Positions 26,207 to 35,630 of a stretch of 64,000 nucleotides of DNA are shown piece by piece. The notes under the pieces were generated by a model. The model was not told the DNA's origin, searched no databases, and saw nothing but the letters and a program-made list of their open reading frames with translations. Origin of the DNA: an uncultured Bifidobacteriaceae bacterium (GTDB lineage: Bacteria; Bacteroidota; Bacteroidia; Cytophagales; UBA9547); contig CAZNHL010000009.1 in the NCBI GenBank assembly GCA_964572965.1, positions 4,836 to 68,835 of the forward strand, written 5' to 3'. Both the position numbers and the translations under genes were made by a program. How positions within the stretch are numbered: position 1 is the stretch's first letter; each line of letters starts with the position of its first letter.

Positions 26207-27592
26207 ATGGAAAATTGCTACAAGTTTATTTATAAGTTGGTTATAGGTAATATTTTACTTCTTAATACCTTTTGCTTTGGCCAGACACCATTGGGAATAC
26301 AAAGCTCTCAACAGTTAATTTGTGCCGGCAGCAACGTTACCTTATATGCCATAGGCAGTGGCTCTGCACGTTCCTGGTCACCCGGCGGGCAAACATCACA
26401 GACTATAACTGTAAGCCCATCTTTTACAACAACTTATACGCTGAATTCCGGTGGTAACACAACAACTTATACGGTCTATGTTTGTGACGATGCTGACTGC
26501 CAGGCAACAAGTTCTTTCTCCCCTCTCTTATTTAATACAGGCAATAATGGTTTGTCCGGTATTAAAACTATTGGCCAGGCCGATAATAACTGGCAAATAA
26601 GTACCAATGAAAACGGCCCTTTCACACCTGCCATCGTTTCAGACAATAGCGTGATTCCGGGCAATTATAGTAAAAGCAGCTGGCCTAACACTCAATGGAT
26701 TGGCCCCAATGCCAACCTGAGATCTTCCCGTGGTGATTACTATTTCAGGGTGCAGTTTATGCTTACTGAAGCAGAACTACAAGACCTGGTACTCAACATG
26801 CAGTTTATGGCAGACAATACTGTCATGGGTGTTTATGTAAACGGAATACTTGTCCCAAACAGTTCAACACCCGGACTGGCCAGTTATGGTTTTCAGATGC
26901 AAAATGCTTCCAGCGCAAAAATGGAAGGCAATTGGGTAGAAGGTTTGAATTCAATTCTGGTAAAAGTATATGACGAAGGTGGCTATACCGGCTTCCTTGG
27001 GCAACTGAATCCTATTCTTAAAATACCAACACAAAAAATCCCTGGTTGCGCTATTCCATTGCCGATTAGGTTTACCAGCTTTTCAGTAAAATCTTCAGAA
27101 ACTCAGGTATATTTTAAATGGAATGGAGAAGCAAAAGATGTAGCTTATTTTACCATTGAAGAATCGGGCTCTGGTGAGCATTTTACAAGCATCGGCACTG
27201 TAAGTGCAGGGAATAATAAAATTGGCAGCTGGACTTTCCATAGTAAGAAAGCTAACAATGCAATTACTTATTACCGTATTGTAGCACACGATATTGACGG
27301 AAGCCTTTCATTCAGTGATATCAGGACCATCAATAACGAAAACCTTGTTGTTACAATTTCACCTAACCCCGGTAGCGGAATATTCAATCTTAGCGGAAAA
27401 AGTTCAGGTATAGAGAGCAACACAATTACTATCACTAATTGCGAAGGAAAAGAAGTCATTAGGGAACACATAGCTCTTGAAGAGGAAAATTTCAATTTAA
27501 CTCTTGACTTAACACACCTTAATCCTGGTGTTTATTTTCTCCGTTACAGTTCTCTTGACGGACAGGTTGTAAAGAAACTGATCAAAGATTAA
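26207..27592 (+). CDS. T9SS type A sorting domain protein (Ig-like repeat + beta-sandwich/lectin-like domain)
   Basis: Signal peptide; ICAG..VTL...WSPGG.TS.TITVSP..TTTYT Ig-like repeat; LPI.F.SF motif; CTD ISPNPGSGIF...L..GVYFL....VVKKLIK. Confidence 0.85.
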   Translation: MENCYKFIYKLVIGNILLLNTFCFGQTPLGIQSSQQLICAGSNVTLYAIGSGSARSWSPGGQTSQTITVSPSFTTTYTLNSGGNTTTYTVYVCDDADCQATSSFSPLLFNTGNNGLSGIKTIGQADNNWQISTNENGPFTPAIVSDNSVIPGNYSKSSWPNTQWIGPNANLRSSRGDYYFRVQFMLTEAELQDLVLNMQFMADNTVMGVYVNGILVPNSSTPGLASYGFQMQNASSAKMEGNWVEGLNSILVKVYDEGGYTGFLGQLNPILKIPTQKIPGCAIPLPIRFTSFSVKSSETQVYFKWNGEAKDVAYFTIEESGSGEHFTSIGTVSAGNNKIGSWTFHSKKANNAITYYRIVAHDIDGSLSFSDIRTINNENLVVTISPNPGSGIFNLSGKSSGIESNTITITNCEGKEVIREHIALEEENFNLTLDLTHLNPGVYFLRYSSLDGQVVKKLIKD

Positions 27593-27763
27593 TACCATCA
27601 CTCGTTTACACACAAATAGTATTTAGGCTCTCTAACCTATTAAGAAAGAAAAACCATTCTCAAAACTCACTGCAATTAGCTAATTTCGTTTATTCTGCTT
27701 TCCTACAAACTCGGCGACATCAGAGGGAAGCTTGTGTGCTATAATATTTCTTAATCTCCACCC

Positions 27764-28771
27764 ATGCAGTTGAAACTGTGTTATTTATTCATTTTCTGTA
27801 GTTTTTGGTCCTGCAAACCAAATGATAAACAAACACAAACAGCCTTTTATTATTGGAGGCAGAACCTTGCTCTTTCAGCGCAGGAAAAAACAGTGCTGGA
27901 AAACTGCCGGACGCAACAACTGTACATCAGGTTATTTGATATTGTTTTTAATCCCAATAGCCGGTTGCCTCAGCCAATAGCGGATATTACCATTGCAGAC
28001 ACTTCCGGCATAACTAAGATGGACATCATACCCTGTGTATTTATTGTCAACAATGTCTTTCGCCATATGACACCCGTGCAGACAGACTCTCTGGCATCTG
28101 CCACTGTTAAAAGAATAAAAGCCCATTGTTCTAAATTTAAACCGATAAAGGAAATCCAGATTGACTGTGACTGGACCACGGGTACAAAAGAGCTCTACTT
28201 CCGGTTTTTGAATCAGGTAAAAACTTTTTCCGGGTTAAAAATAAGTGCTACAATACGCCTTCATCAGGTAAAATATATAAGCAAATCCGGTATTCCACCT
28301 GTCGATAAAGGTGTTCTGATGTGCTACAATATGAGTCCTCCGCAGGTTTTTGGTGAACTTAATTCTATTTTCGAAAAAAGGACTTTGGAAAGCTATACCC
28401 GCAACCTTTCAAATTATCCGCTGAAACTGGATATTGCCTTGCCAATATATTCCTGGGGAATACTCTTTCATAATAAGGAATTTAACGGTTTTATTAATAA
28501 TATTACCTCTGCAGGGATGGCCGGATATTCAAACCTGAAAGCAATAGGAAAAAACAATTACCTCTGTACTGAAAGCGGAACCGTTAAAAACAAGCGTGTT
28601 TACAAAGGAGATATTATCAGAATTGAAGATATTAGCAATGCAGAGCTCAATGATGCAAAAACCGAACTACTCAGGAAAACAAACAGTAGCACCGTTATAT
28701 ATTTCGATTTAAGTAAAAACAATATCAATAATCATGAAGAAGTTTTTAGTCCTGCTTACTCTTTTAGGTAA
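27764..28771 (+). CDS. Lipoprotein with GH18-like TIM-barrel signature (DUF3142-like)
   Basis: Lipobox-like FWSC; AFYYW, LYIRLFD, EIQIDCDWT, SATIRLHQ, VLMCYN and LDIALPIYSWG. Confidence 0.72.
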   Translation: MQLKLCYLFIFCSFWSCKPNDKQTQTAFYYWRQNLALSAQEKTVLENCRTQQLYIRLFDIVFNPNSRLPQPIADITIADTSGITKMDIIPCVFIVNNVFRHMTPVQTDSLASATVKRIKAHCSKFKPIKEIQIDCDWTTGTKELYFRFLNQVKTFSGLKISATIRLHQVKYISKSGIPPVDKGVLMCYNMSPPQVFGELNSIFEKRTLESYTRNLSNYPLKLDIALPIYSWGILFHNKEFNGFINNITSAGMAGYSNLKAIGKNNYLCTESGTVKNKRVYKGDIIRIEDISNAELNDAKTELLRKTNSSTVIYFDLSKNNINNHEEVFSPAYSFR

Positions 28772-31037
28772 TATTCTGCTAAGTGAAAACAAAACAATGG
28801 CCTGTGGCGGCAGTGATGATGACTGGTGGGGGAATGATCCATATATATTTTTAAGTAGTTTTGTTGCAGACACTACTTATATCCGCTATTTTGATGCTGC
28901 TCCTCACTGTGATGAATGTTCGGATCTCTTGCACAATGCCATCGTCAACGAATGGGCTGCGCAATTTCCCAAAGCCGAATGGACAGATATTGAAACAGCG
29001 CTTTTTGGTTTAAGTAAACAGGATTTGCAAAGTTTAAGCCAAGGCACAAATCCTGTTTCTGGCAACGGCTTCCTCGCTTTTCTTATCCAGAATCAACAGA
29101 CAGAAGTTATTGCCTATTTAAACTTCATTGCAGACGAAAATGCACTGACAGTAAAAGAATACAACTATTGGGAAGAAGAAATAGCTAAAAACAAAACGAC
29201 AGCATCAGCACTTCTTGCGATAGCAAAGGAAAAAGCTACAACACTTAGCCACAATCCTTTTCTTCAGCAAAAATATGTTTATCAGGTTGTAAGGCTTTTG
29301 TTTTACAATGAACAATACCCTGAAGTAGTCAGTTACTTCGAAGACAATATAAAAGCATCTACACCACCTTCCCTTACCTATTACAGATCTCTTGGCTATA
29401 AAGCCGGGGCTATCAGAAAAAACGGAGACTTGGTACAAGCCAAATACCTTTTCGCGACCATCTTTGATAAAAGTCCTGCCCTAAGACACATGGCTTACAA
29501 AAACTTCAAATACATTTATCTTGAAGAAAATGACTGGCCCCAATGCCTTGCTTATGCAAAAAACAACTCTGAACGCTCTTCTTTATGGATCGTCAAAAAT
29601 GTGTATGAAGATGTAGTAGACGTACGGGCATTACAAGAACTATATACCAATGATCCTGCATCCGGTCGACTGGAAATTGCTTTACTGAAACAGCTTAACA
29701 ATTTCCATAACAGCAATTACATAGCAGGTCTGAAAGCTACTGCCGAGCTCGATTCAACACTGCTGATAAAAAATCCATACATCTATAATGAAAGTGGTAT
29801 TGATAAATCGACCATCAAAGAAGATGGCTGGTTTACACGTTTATGGCGTTCTGTCAGTAATTTTTTCAGAAAGCTCTTTGGGAAAGCACCATTGAGAGAA
29901 AATCATGAAGGCGTGGACAAAGAGCCTGAAGTAACTTACAGGCAACATGCTTTTAAAGAAGAATGGCTGGGTGAAATCATTTCACTGCTGGAAAAAATCA
30001 ACAACGAAAAGAAAACTAAAAACCCGGAACTATACAAACTTGCACTTGGCTATACTTATATAGCCGATGGCGAATTTGATAAAGGTGAAAAAGAACTGAA
30101 AACAATTGCCGGAAGCACCAACAGCGACATGAAAGAGCTTGCAGAATACCTAACTCAATGGAGTACTCTTCTGAAAGCAGAAAAGATCAGTGATGAACTG
30201 GAGGAAAACCTGATTACTTATCTACAGGCAAATCCAAAACTTGATTCTCAGAGAAAGAACGAACTGGTGAAGGAGCTTGGCAGAAGATACCTGATAGAAA
30301 AACAATATGACAAAGCTTACCTGATATTCAATGGCTTTGGTCACAGACAGATTGATAATTACTATACATTAAGCATACTTGATGGTTTGCTGGAAAAGGT
30401 TGAAAAAGGCCAGAACAGTAAATTCAATGTACATTTCGGAACAATAAGAAAAGAAGATATCCTGAGAAACTATGCCTATAAGTTAGCTTTGATGGGGCGC
30501 TTTGAAGAGGCTTCCTCCAAGCAAAACAGCAACCTTGCTTTTGAGGAAGATGATGCGATTGTGACTTACAAGGATCTTTCAGCACTATTGAAAAAAAGGA
30601 ATGAGGAAAGCTATGCCAAACTGGCAAATTATCTTTCGACATCTTCTAGCTGGCCTTACAACCAAACTCCTTCTTACAATTACTATCCTTATTTCTATTA
30701 TGAAAGAACCTGCGAATATCCTTTTAATGTAAGCGGCATGGCTGAAACCATTGTCAACAGGGCTAACCTGTACATAAAACAAAAATACAGTACAGAATTG
30801 GCCGAAAGCTATTATAGAAAAGCATTTGAGCTCTCTAAAAATGACGAACGCAAAGCGGAAATCCTGTTTATGGCACAAACCGTAGCAATCAAAGATAAAT
30901 ATGCTTTCAAAGATGGAAAGACAGTAGACAAAGGCTATTACTATGCTGAAATGGAGAAGTTTAAGAACACTAAATTCTATCAGGAGGCATACAACTCATG
31001 TTCATTCCTGCAATACGGTAAAATTTTCTATTATTAA
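28734..31037 (+). CDS. Large alpha-helical TPR-like exported protein
   Basis: Signal peptide followed by ACG, repeated helical TPR-like segments (Y.LGY.AGA...A...FA.IF). Overlaps the upstream gene by 38 bp. Confidence 0.8.
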   Translation: MKKFLVLLTLLGNILLSENKTMACGGSDDDWWGNDPYIFLSSFVADTTYIRYFDAAPHCDECSDLLHNAIVNEWAAQFPKAEWTDIETALFGLSKQDLQSLSQGTNPVSGNGFLAFLIQNQQTEVIAYLNFIADENALTVKEYNYWEEEIAKNKTTASALLAIAKEKATTLSHNPFLQQKYVYQVVRLLFYNEQYPEVVSYFEDNIKASTPPSLTYYRSLGYKAGAIRKNGDLVQAKYLFATIFDKSPALRHMAYKNFKYIYLEENDWPQCLAYAKNNSERSSLWIVKNVYEDVVDVRALQELYTNDPASGRLEIALLKQLNNFHNSNYIAGLKATAELDSTLLIKNPYIYNESGIDKSTIKEDGWFTRLWRSVSNFFRKLFGKAPLRENHEGVDKEPEVTYRQHAFKEEWLGEIISLLEKINNEKKTKNPELYKLALGYTYIADGEFDKGEKELKTIAGSTNSDMKELAEYLTQWSTLLKAEKISDELEENLITYLQANPKLDSQRKNELVKELGRRYLIEKQYDKAYLIFNGFGHRQIDNYYTLSILDGLLEKVEKGQNSKFNVHFGTIRKEDILRNYAYKLALMGRFEEASSKQNSNLAFEEDDAIVTYKDLSALLKKRNEESYAKLANYLSTSSSWPYNQTPSYNYYPYFYYERTCEYPFNVSGMAETIVNRANLYIKQKYSTELAESYYRKAFELSKNDERKAEILFMAQTVAIKDKYAFKDGKTVDKGYYYAEMEKFKNTKFYQEAYNSCSFLQYGKIFYY

Positions 31038-31046
31038 TAGAAATAG

Positions 31047-31083
31047 TTCAACCTGTAAGGTTTTAAAAATCTTACAGGTTGAA
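31047..31083. repeat. REP-like inverted repeat / bidirectional terminator
   Basis: TTCAACCTGTAAG-GTTTTAAAAAT-CTTACAGGTTGAA, 13-bp perfect arms. Related half AAACCTTACAGGTTTT at ~14322. Confidence 0.72.
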
Positions 31084-31123
31084 AATAGCCGAACTACACT
31101 TAAGGTTTTCTTTTTTATGGTAA

Positions 31124-31642
31124 TTAGCGATTCATAAAATACTCTCTGAAAATAGCCATTTCCTGGAGTTCAATTTCTACATACTTCTCAAAGATTTTAT
31201 CTCCTACCTGTGTTCTCAAGGCTGAAATACCTACATCAATTAGTCTTAGGCCATGTTCAGTCAGGAGAATATTGTCAAAGGCCAAACCGCCAATATCAGA
31301 AGGTCGTTTTAAATCGCGATGGACAAAACCGGCCTTATGTAACTCTTTAAGCTCGTCCTCAAAAACGTCTAGCCAGAGAGCTCTTACTTCTAATTCATAA
31401 GCCCTGAAATCCATCGGTTTTATGCGCTCCATTACAAGCATCTCTGCCTGTATGTCTTCATTATAGTCCAAGCGAATAAAAGTTACAACTAATTGATTAA
31501 CTGTATTCGCAAACTTCATTTTATCCGCTTCTGATCCTATTTCAGAGCGAGTATCATCAGTAAAAAGCTTAGCCACTTCTTGGTCAGACAATACAATGAC
31601 AGTATTGTTCGCTCCGGCAGAAAGTTTACGAGGATATTTCAT
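31124..31642 (-). CDS. Minimal protein-kinase-like (Bud32/RIO/Kdo-like) protein, 172 aa
   Basis: Gly-loop remnant SAGANN, VAK lysine, LVMERI hinge, catalytic loop VHRDLK...DNILL, DFG-equivalent IDVG. Confidence 0.75.
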   Translation of the reverse strand: MKYPRKLSAGANNTVIVLSDQEVAKLFTDDTRSEIGSEADKMKFANTVNQLVVTFIRLDYNEDIQAEMLVMERIKPMDFRAYELEVRALWLDVFEDELKELHKAGFVHRDLKRPSDIGGLAFDNILLTEHGLRLIDVGISALRTQVGDKIFEKYVEIELQEMAIFREYFMNR

Positions 31643-31764
31643 GTTTATTAAAATCGAGTATCGAATAAAATTACAAAATCTATTGTAGTTATAAATAAAT
31701 TTCTCTGGCTCTGACGAAACCTAAATGCCAGGGTCTCATTTTTCCGTTTTTCACTAAAAAAACT

Positions 31765-31772
31765 TACTTTTG
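31765..31772 (+). promoter_or_regulatory. sigmaA -7 element upstream of glyQS
   Basis: TACTTTTG matches TAnnTTTG, 30 bp before ATG 31802. Confidence 0.55.
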
Positions 31773-31801
31773 TGGTTTAAGTAAAATTGGAAGCATTCTC
31801 A

Positions 31802-33280
31802 ATGGAAACCCAGGAAAAAACCCAAACAGACAATATCCTTAAAAAGGTAATTTCACATGCCAAAGAATATGGCTTTGTTTTCCCTTCTTCTGAAATATAT
31901 GACGGCTTGCAGGCTGTATATGACTATGGTCAATACGGTGTGGAGTTGAAAAATAATATTAAAACGGCTTGGTGGAAAACCATGACGATGGTTCATGATA
32001 ACATTGTCGGAATTGATGCGGCAATTTTCATGCACCCGCTTACATGGAAAGCTTCAGGCCACGTGGATGGTTTCAGCGATCCGATGATCGATAACAAAGA
32101 CAGCAAAAAGCGCTACCGTGCCGATGTACTGGTAGAAGACCGTGCTGCCGAATATGAAAAAGCCGGTGATGCTGCTAAAGCTGATGCTTTGGTAAAGAAA
32201 CTGGCTCGTTTGCTAGAAGCAAATGACCTTGACGGTGTGCGTGACCTGATCACAAATGAAGGTATTAAATGCCCTGTATCAGGTACAAGCAACTGGACGG
32301 ACGTTCGCCAGTTCAACCTGATGTTCTCTACGCAGGTTGGTGCTGTAGCTGAAGATTCTTCATTGATCTACCTTCGTCCGGAAACGGCTCAGGGTATTTT
32401 CGTAAACTTCCTGAACGTACAGAAATCAGGCCGTATGAAGGTTCCTTTCGGTATTGCTCAGATCGGTAAAGCTTTCCGTAACGAGATTGTTGCCCGCCAG
32501 TTTATCTTCCGTATGCGTGAGTTCGAACAAATGGAAATGCAATTCTTCGTTCGTCCGGGTTCTGAAATGGAATGGTACAAGCACTGGAAAGAAACCCGCA
32601 TGAAATTCCACGTAGCAATGGGCTTACCTGCTGCAAGTTTGAAATTCCATGACCACGAAAAGCTGGCACATTATGCCAATGCTGCTGTGGATATTGAATA
32701 CACATTCCCATTCGGTACTAAAGAGATTGAAGGTATCCACTCCCGTACTGACTTCGATCTGAAAAACCATACTGAACTTTCTGGTAAGAAGATGCAGTAT
32801 TTCGATGCTGAAATCAACCAGAACTATATTCCTTATGTAGTGGAAACGTCTGTTGGTGCTGACCGCCTATTCCTTGCGCATTTGTGCAATGCTTATACTG
32901 AAGAAGTAACAGGTGAAGGAGAAAACCAGAAAGAACGTACTTTGTTGAAATTGCACCCTGCTTTGGCTCCGGTAAAAGCAGCAATTTTCCCATTGACGAA
33001 AAAAGATGGTTTGCCTGATGTAGCAAAAGAAATCTTCGAAGATCTGAAGTTTGACTTCAATGTGATCTATGAAGAAAAAGATACTGTCGGTAAGCGTTAT
33101 ACTCGCCAGGATTTGATTGGTACACCGTTCTGTGTGGTAATTGACTACCAGACTCTGGAAGACAAAACAGTTACAATCCGCCACCGTGATACTACAGAGC
33201 AAGAGCGTGTAGCCATTGCTGACCTGAAAGGCATTATCGGCCAGGCGGTATCTATGAAGAGAATCTTCGAAAAAATATAA
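31802..33280 (+). CDS. glyQS: Glycine--tRNA ligase, homodimeric (alpha2) type
   Basis: SSEIYDGL.AVYDYG..GVELKNNIK, LRPETAQGIF.NF, GIAQIGKAFRNEI, FR.REFEQME, ETSVGADR and C-terminal anticodon-binding domain. Confidence 0.98.
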   Translation: METQEKTQTDNILKKVISHAKEYGFVFPSSEIYDGLQAVYDYGQYGVELKNNIKTAWWKTMTMVHDNIVGIDAAIFMHPLTWKASGHVDGFSDPMIDNKDSKKRYRADVLVEDRAAEYEKAGDAAKADALVKKLARLLEANDLDGVRDLITNEGIKCPVSGTSNWTDVRQFNLMFSTQVGAVAEDSSLIYLRPETAQGIFVNFLNVQKSGRMKVPFGIAQIGKAFRNEIVARQFIFRMREFEQMEMQFFVRPGSEMEWYKHWKETRMKFHVAMGLPAASLKFHDHEKLAHYANAAVDIEYTFPFGTKEIEGIHSRTDFDLKNHTELSGKKMQYFDAEINQNYIPYVVETSVGADRLFLAHLCNAYTEEVTGEGENQKERTLLKLHPALAPVKAAIFPLTKKDGLPDVAKEIFEDLKFDFNVIYEEKDTVGKRYTRQDLIGTPFCVVIDYQTLEDKTVTIRHRDTTEQERVAIADLKGIIGQAVSMKRIFEKI

Positions 33281-33296
33281 GTTTTAGAATACACAG

Positions 33297-33325
33297 AAAA
33301 GGCCGCCTTATTGACGGCCTTTTTT
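33297..33325 (+). terminator. Rho-independent terminator after glyQS
   Basis: AAAAGGCCG-CCTTATTGA-CGGCCTTTTTT. Confidence 0.75.
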
Positions 33326-33331
33326 GTTCAA

Positions 33332-33388
33332 TAACCACAGAGAACACAGAAAGTAAAGCATATTATTGAGTTAAAGCTTCTGTGGTTA
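33332..33388. repeat. CACAGA-type REP-like inverted repeat
   Basis: TAACCACAGA(GAACACAGA)...TCTGTGGTTA: 10-bp perfect arms with an internal CACAGA duplication. Confidence 0.6.
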
Positions 33389-33400
33389 AATAATTACTGG

Positions 33401-34648
33401 ATGAGAAAACATTCCTTTTTTTATTTGACAGCTCTTTTCTGCGGACTACTTTTTCTTTGTTCGTGTGAGGAAAACAATCCGGTCATCAGGAAAATACGTA
33501 AACCCAAAGCTGCCAATGACCCTATACAGGTTCCCTGCATAGAATCGCTGATTCCGGGTGCAGACCAAATGGAACTTACTGCCAGAGGAATTGATGCAGT
33601 AACTAAATCAGCAAAAATAGACAGCATTTTTAAGGTAAAAGCAGCCCGTTCCCATTTTAACGGAGCGGCATTGGTTGTCCAGAAAGGTGTTGTACTTTAC
33701 AGGAAAAGCTTCGGTATCAGATGCAAAGAAGGCCGCAAATCAGACAGCCTTACGATTGATGCAAAATTTCAACTGGCCTCGCTTTCCAAAACATTTACAG
33801 CAATTGCCACACTCAAGCTTATTCAGGAAGAAAAAATAAGCCTTAACGATACACTACAGAAATTCTTTCCGGAACTTCCTTATCCTGATATTACCGTACA
33901 AATGTTGCTGAGCCACCGCAGCGGATTACCTTATTATGCCTACGCTTTTGAAGACAGCGCCAGAAGGGTGAAGTATAATCCCAACAACGCCGAAATTATT
34001 AACTGGCTGGTGAGCTCACACCCAGCCCGCTATAATTATCCGAACCGCGGCTTCTCCTACAACAATACCAATTACATGCTGCTTGCCAGTATTATTGAGC
34101 AGGTCAGCGGCATGACTTACGATGCCTACATACGCCGGGAAATATGTGAACCACTGGGCATGAGGGACACCTGGGTTATTACTACACCAAACGACTCCAT
34201 CAATATCAACAGAACCTGCGGCCATGAGCGTTGGGGTAAAGTACCTTTCGACTATTTCGACAATGTAGTTGGCGACAAAGGGGTTTATTCTACCGTGGAC
34301 GATCTATACAAGTGGTACCTGGCTCTTAATTCTAATTGCCTGCTCAATTACGAAATGCTGCAAAAAGCATTCACACCTTACAGCAATGAGCATTACGGAT
34401 TAAAGAATTACGGACTTGGCTTCCGGATGATACTTGACAAAAAAACTAAAAAACCCAAATACATTTATCACAACGGCTGGTGGAAAGGCTATAATTCACT
34501 ATTCTGGTTTATTCCAGAAACACAAACAGTCATTATCATTCTCGGCAACGTGCGTAACCGAGTCGTTTACGATATCAAAAGCATTGTAAAAGTGCTGGAA
34601 AACGGCATGGAAGCAAGTGAAGATATGGAGGATGAGTTATCATACTAG
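33401..34648 (+). CDS. Serine hydrolase, class C beta-lactamase/PBP4 family lipoprotein
   Basis: Lipobox-like LCSC; FQLASLSK (SxxK), LLSHRSGL, FSYNNTNY (YxN) and HNG. Confidence 0.9.
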   Translation: MRKHSFFYLTALFCGLLFLCSCEENNPVIRKIRKPKAANDPIQVPCIESLIPGADQMELTARGIDAVTKSAKIDSIFKVKAARSHFNGAALVVQKGVVLYRKSFGIRCKEGRKSDSLTIDAKFQLASLSKTFTAIATLKLIQEEKISLNDTLQKFFPELPYPDITVQMLLSHRSGLPYYAYAFEDSARRVKYNPNNAEIINWLVSSHPARYNYPNRGFSYNNTNYMLLASIIEQVSGMTYDAYIRREICEPLGMRDTWVITTPNDSININRTCGHERWGKVPFDYFDNVVGDKGVYSTVDDLYKWYLALNSNCLLNYEMLQKAFTPYSNEHYGLKNYGLGFRMILDKKTKKPKYIYHNGWWKGYNSLFWFIPETQTVIIILGNVRNRVVYDIKSIVKVLENGMEASEDMEDELSY

Positions 34649-35490
34649 GACTGTGATTCTGTTGATTTATTTAACTTCTTTATTCCATTGTTCTCAACCA
34701 AAGATTTCATTTGAGATATAGCAACCCTGTTTAGTTGAACAAGTCTCTCTCCTTGCGAAAGGTTCTGTTGAATTAATAATGCATTGATGCTTTCCATATT
34801 GCTTAATACGACCAATTGCTCAAGAGTAGCGTCATCTCTCAGGTTTCCTTTTGCATCAGAATTGTTGTCTCGCCATTCTTTAGCTGTTAGTCCAAATAAA
34901 GCTACATTAAATAAATCTGCTTCGTTGGCATAAATTAACATTATCTGTTTATTGGTAATCTCCTTAGGAATCAGGTTTTCTTTAATTGCATCTGTATGTA
35001 TTCGATAATTAATCTTTGAAATCATTCTATGAAGATTCCATTCAAGTTGATTGCGACTACTTTCTTCTTCCTTAAGGCGCTGGAATTCTTTAATAATATA
35101 CAGCTTGAACTCTATTGAAATCCAGGAAGCAAACTCGAAAGCAATATCTTTATGAGCAAAAGTTCCACCATATCGTCCTGACTTAGAAATAATACCAACA
35201 GCATTAGTAGTCTCAATCCATTTTTTCGGAGTCATTGTAAAACTATTGAGCCCTGCTTGTTTTCTAAACCCGTCGAATTCGACGGGTTTAAAATCTGGAT
35301 TATTTAATTGCTCCCAAAAACCTAGCAATTCAATTGTATTTCTATTCCTTAGCCAGTTCTTAATAATATCATCTGTATGATCAGAATCTTTATGTCTCGC
35401 AATATCAGTCAAGGAAATATAATCCGAGTGATCTGCTTCAAAAATGCTGATCTCTGTACCTTTTACACTAATTGTCTTATTCTTCGCCAT
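34645..35490 (-). CDS. KilA-N domain DNA-binding protein
   Basis: DYISLTDIAR, IKNWLRNRNTIE.LG.WE and GRYGGT.AH.DIAFEFASWIS.EFKLY.IKEFQRLK. Start set at ATG 35490 (MAKNK). Confidence 0.9.
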   Translation of the reverse strand: MAKNKTISVKGTEISIFEADHSDYISLTDIARHKDSDHTDDIIKNWLRNRNTIELLGFWEQLNNPDFKPVEFDGFRKQAGLNSFTMTPKKWIETTNAVGIISKSGRYGGTFAHKDIAFEFASWISIEFKLYIIKEFQRLKEEESSRNQLEWNLHRMISKINYRIHTDAIKENLIPKEITNKQIMLIYANEADLFNVALFGLTAKEWRDNNSDAKGNLRDDATLEQLVVLSNMESINALLIQQNLSQGERLVQLNRVAISQMKSLVENNGIKKLNKSTESQS

Positions 35491-35630
35491 AATTAAAAAA
35501 TGCGTCATAAATAAAGACATGAATTTAAGAAAAGTACTCGTGGCTATTGGTTAAAATAGATCTCAAAAGTTACACATGTCAGCCTAAACTATAATTTGCA
35601 TAATCATAGCAATCACACAAATCAAAAGAA

